Source of the DNA: Oculatellaceae cyanobacterium bins.114
GTDB lineage: Bacteria > Cyanobacteriota > Cyanobacteriia > Elainellales > Elainellaceae
Direction of reading: 5' to 3'
Assembly: GCA_033764315.1 (NCBI GenBank)
Contig: JANRJA010000070.1
Span: 1 to 18,673, forward strand
DNA length: 18,673 nucleotides
Shown here: piece after piece, positions 17,003 to 18,673 of the stretch
How positions within the stretch are numbered: position 1 is the first letter of the stretch
How the letters are laid out: the number at the start of each line of letters is the position of its first letter
The notes under the pieces: generated by a model
Databases searched by the model: none
Told to the model about the DNA's origin: nothing
The model's input: only the letters and a program-made list of their open reading frames with translations
Translations under genes and position numbers: made by a program

Positions 17003-17983
17003 ATGATGAAAGCCATTCAGATCAGAGAATATGGAACACCAGACGTGCTGCATTGGCAGGAAATAGACGAACCTACTGCTCTCGGTGCAAATGAAGCCCA
17101 AGTCAGGTTGGCAGTCGCTGGATTAAATTACATTGATGTCTATCGACGCAGTGGTGAGTATCCAGAAGATCTACCGTTGCCCTTGATCTTGGGGCAAGAA
17201 GGGGCAGGGGTTGTGGAGTCCGTTGGGGCAGAAGTCACAACCGTTAAAGTGGGCGATCGCGTCGCTTATTGTAATGTTTTGGGTTCTTATGCCGAAGTCA
17301 GTAACGTTCCCGCAGACCAACTCATTCCCCTGCCGAATGATGTGAGCTTTGAACAGGGTGCCGCTTTTCCGTTGCAGGGTATGACGGCTCATTATCTGAT
17401 CCATGATTACGTAGCACTACAACCTGGCAAGACCATGTTAGTCCATGCCGCTGCCGGGGGTGTGGGATTGCTCGTCGTGCAATGGGCAAAGCATTTAGGC
17501 GCAAAAGTCATTGGCACCGTTTCAACTCAGGAAAAAGCGCAGGTAGCGCGAGCCGCCGGAGCCGACGAGGTGATTCTCTACACAGAGCAAGATTTTGTGG
17601 CTGAGACGAAACGGTTAACAGCAGGAAGGGGTGCGGATTTGGTGTTGGATGGGGTCGGACAATCCACATTTGCAGGCAGTCTGGAAGCAACTGCGATGCA
17701 TGGAACGGTAGTCAGCTATGGCTGGTCGAGCGGTCTGCCAGAGTCGGTTGCGCCAATTTCCTTGATTGTGCGATCGCTCAAGGTTGGAGGAGGTAATCTG
17801 GTCAACGCGACAACGACTCGTGAATTGTTGCTGCAACGGGCAAATGGCGTACTTGAAGGCATTCGTGCTGGTTGGTTAGATCTGCGGATTGACTCCATTT
17901 TGCCCCTGTACGATGCAGCGGAAGCCCATCGACGACTAGAAAGCCGAACATCAATGGGCAAAATTTTGTTGACGATACGGTAA
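17003..17983 (+). CDS. qor: NADPH:quinone oxidoreductase (zeta-crystallin/MDR family)
   Basis: MMKAIQIREYGTPDVL, GLNYIDVYRRSG, LGQEGAGVV, LQGMTAHYL, VHAAAGGVG, AHRRLESRTSMGKILL; start at ATG 17003 or 17006 after GAGG. Confidence 0.92.
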   Translation: MMKAIQIREYGTPDVLHWQEIDEPTALGANEAQVRLAVAGLNYIDVYRRSGEYPEDLPLPLILGQEGAGVVESVGAEVTTVKVGDRVAYCNVLGSYAEVSNVPADQLIPLPNDVSFEQGAAFPLQGMTAHYLIHDYVALQPGKTMLVHAAAGGVGLLVVQWAKHLGAKVIGTVSTQEKAQVARAAGADEVILYTEQDFVAETKRLTAGRGADLVLDGVGQSTFAGSLEATAMHGTVVSYGWSSGLPESVAPISLIVRSLKVGGGNLVNATTTRELLLQRANGVLEGIRAGWLDLRIDSILPLYDAAEAHRRLESRTSMGKILLTIR

Positions 17984-18020
17984 TTCCAACCAAGTTATAG
18001 CAGCCAACAATTCGTTTGCA

Positions 18021-18430
18021 TTAGGAATGGCATAGTAGAACGATCTTGGAGCGATCGCATGACTTCGTTTCAGGGGTGAGAACATCCACAGGTAGCTGCA
18101 CAGCAAGCATCGGCATCCACCATTGTGGTGACAAAACAGGGATTTCATCCATCTGCACATCGGCTCCCTCTGGTCGGTGGTGATCCCAGTACAAATCTCC
18201 TGGTTTTGCTTTCCAGTCTGGTACAGTGCTATCCACCATAATGATTTGATAGTCAGTGGGAGGCGATCGGCTTTAGTGGTGACCTTGTTTGCCAACTAGG
18301 GTTGAGGGTAGCCCGTCAGCAGCGTTAGCGAAGCTCTCTAAAGGAATATCCAGTGGTCAGAAATTGCCAGATCACAGATGCGATCGGGCGGCGGTGCATG
18401 GACTGTACGGCACACACGTAACTCTGCCAT
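18021..18430 (-). pseudogene. Frameshifted remnant of a DHH-motif protein gene
   Basis: Pieces in different frames: LDIPLESFANAADGLPSTLVGKQ / VTTKADRL / PTDYQIIMVDSTVPDWKAKPGDLYWDHHRPEGADVQMDEIP / VTTMVDADACCAA / VQLPVDVLTPETK. DHH and DxD motifs are visible; boundaries approximate. Confidence 0.45.
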
Positions 18431-18534
18431 AGGACAACAGCTTAGAAATGGAGAATGCAACAACTAAGTTTCCCCAACGTATCTTAACAGCATAATTCTA
18501 CGTACTCATTAAGTCCAGTTTGCAAGCGATCGCC

Positions 18535-18673
18535 CAGCAATTCTCAGTATGGAATTTCAACTGGTGTTGGGTGGGATCTCCAACTCTAGACCTTCAAGCA
18601 TAAAGGTGAGCAGATGATCCCAACTGTCGAAATACAGATAACGGGTCAAGGCTCGCAAGTCATCGAAGAAGGT
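18535..18673 (-). mobile_element. End of an insertion sequence (ISNCY-like), continues beyond the window
   Basis: Terminal-repeat-like CAGCAATTCTCA begins at 18535, 22 nt beyond the stop of a transposase-like C-terminus. Confidence 0.65.
18557..18673 (-). CDS. Transposase C-terminus (partial), ISNCY-like
   Basis: Minus frame reads TFFDDLRALTRYLYFDSWDHLLTFMLEGLELEIPPNTS*, which I recognise as resembling the C-terminus of cyanobacterial ISNCY transposases; below the ORF-track length cutoff. Confidence 0.7.
   Translation of the reverse strand, partial: TFFDDLRALTRYLYFDSWDHLLTFMLEGLELEIPPNTS

Larger units (their letters stand above)
1..18673. repeat. HIP1 octamer GCGATCGC dispersed through the window
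   Basis: Roughly 35-40 exact copies by eye (e.g. 14521-14528, 18051-18058, 18526-18533), far above chance for an 8-mer; cyanobacterial hallmark. Confidence 0.95.

Noticed and set aside
17951-18295. 114-aa minus-strand ORF as an intact gene
   Set aside because: Only its first residues fit the pseudogene mosaic; the rest is off-frame and overlaps the qor end.
18614-18673. Plus-strand ORF start MIPTVEIQITGQGSQVIEEG with an SD-like AAGGTGAG
   Set aside because: It is the antisense frame of the transposase-like C-terminus, which is better supported by the adjacent terminal repeat.

Overview
Cyanobacterial chromosomal DNA, judged from roughly 35-40 HIP1 octamers (GCGATCGC, counted by eye) and typical cyanobacterial intergenic repeats. 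Left to right: (1) a tightly coupled efflux operon, adaptor (MFP) - glutathione S-transferase - RND permease; (2) an intergenic pile of repeats, including a 78-bp MITE with an 8-bp target-site duplication nested inside another repeat; (3) a ~7.6-kb envelope-type cluster: exported TPR protein <- PilQ-type AMIN-secretin without pilMNO <- array of palindromic boxes -> HisKA_3 sensor kinase + NarL-type regulator -><- GT39/PMT-like glycosyltransferase <- exported TPR protein; (4) AraC regulator, its tandem site, a double-ABM-domain protein and a DUF2269-like membrane protein, with a second MITE copy between the last two; (5) divergent LysR / quinone oxidoreductase; (6) a frameshifted DHH-motif gene remnant and the end of an ISNCY-like IS next to a HIP1 site. 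The best candidate for an undescribed system is the two-component-linked orphan secretin / TPR / GT-C cluster; its functional unity is inference from gene context only. All family assignments come from motif recognition, not database searches.
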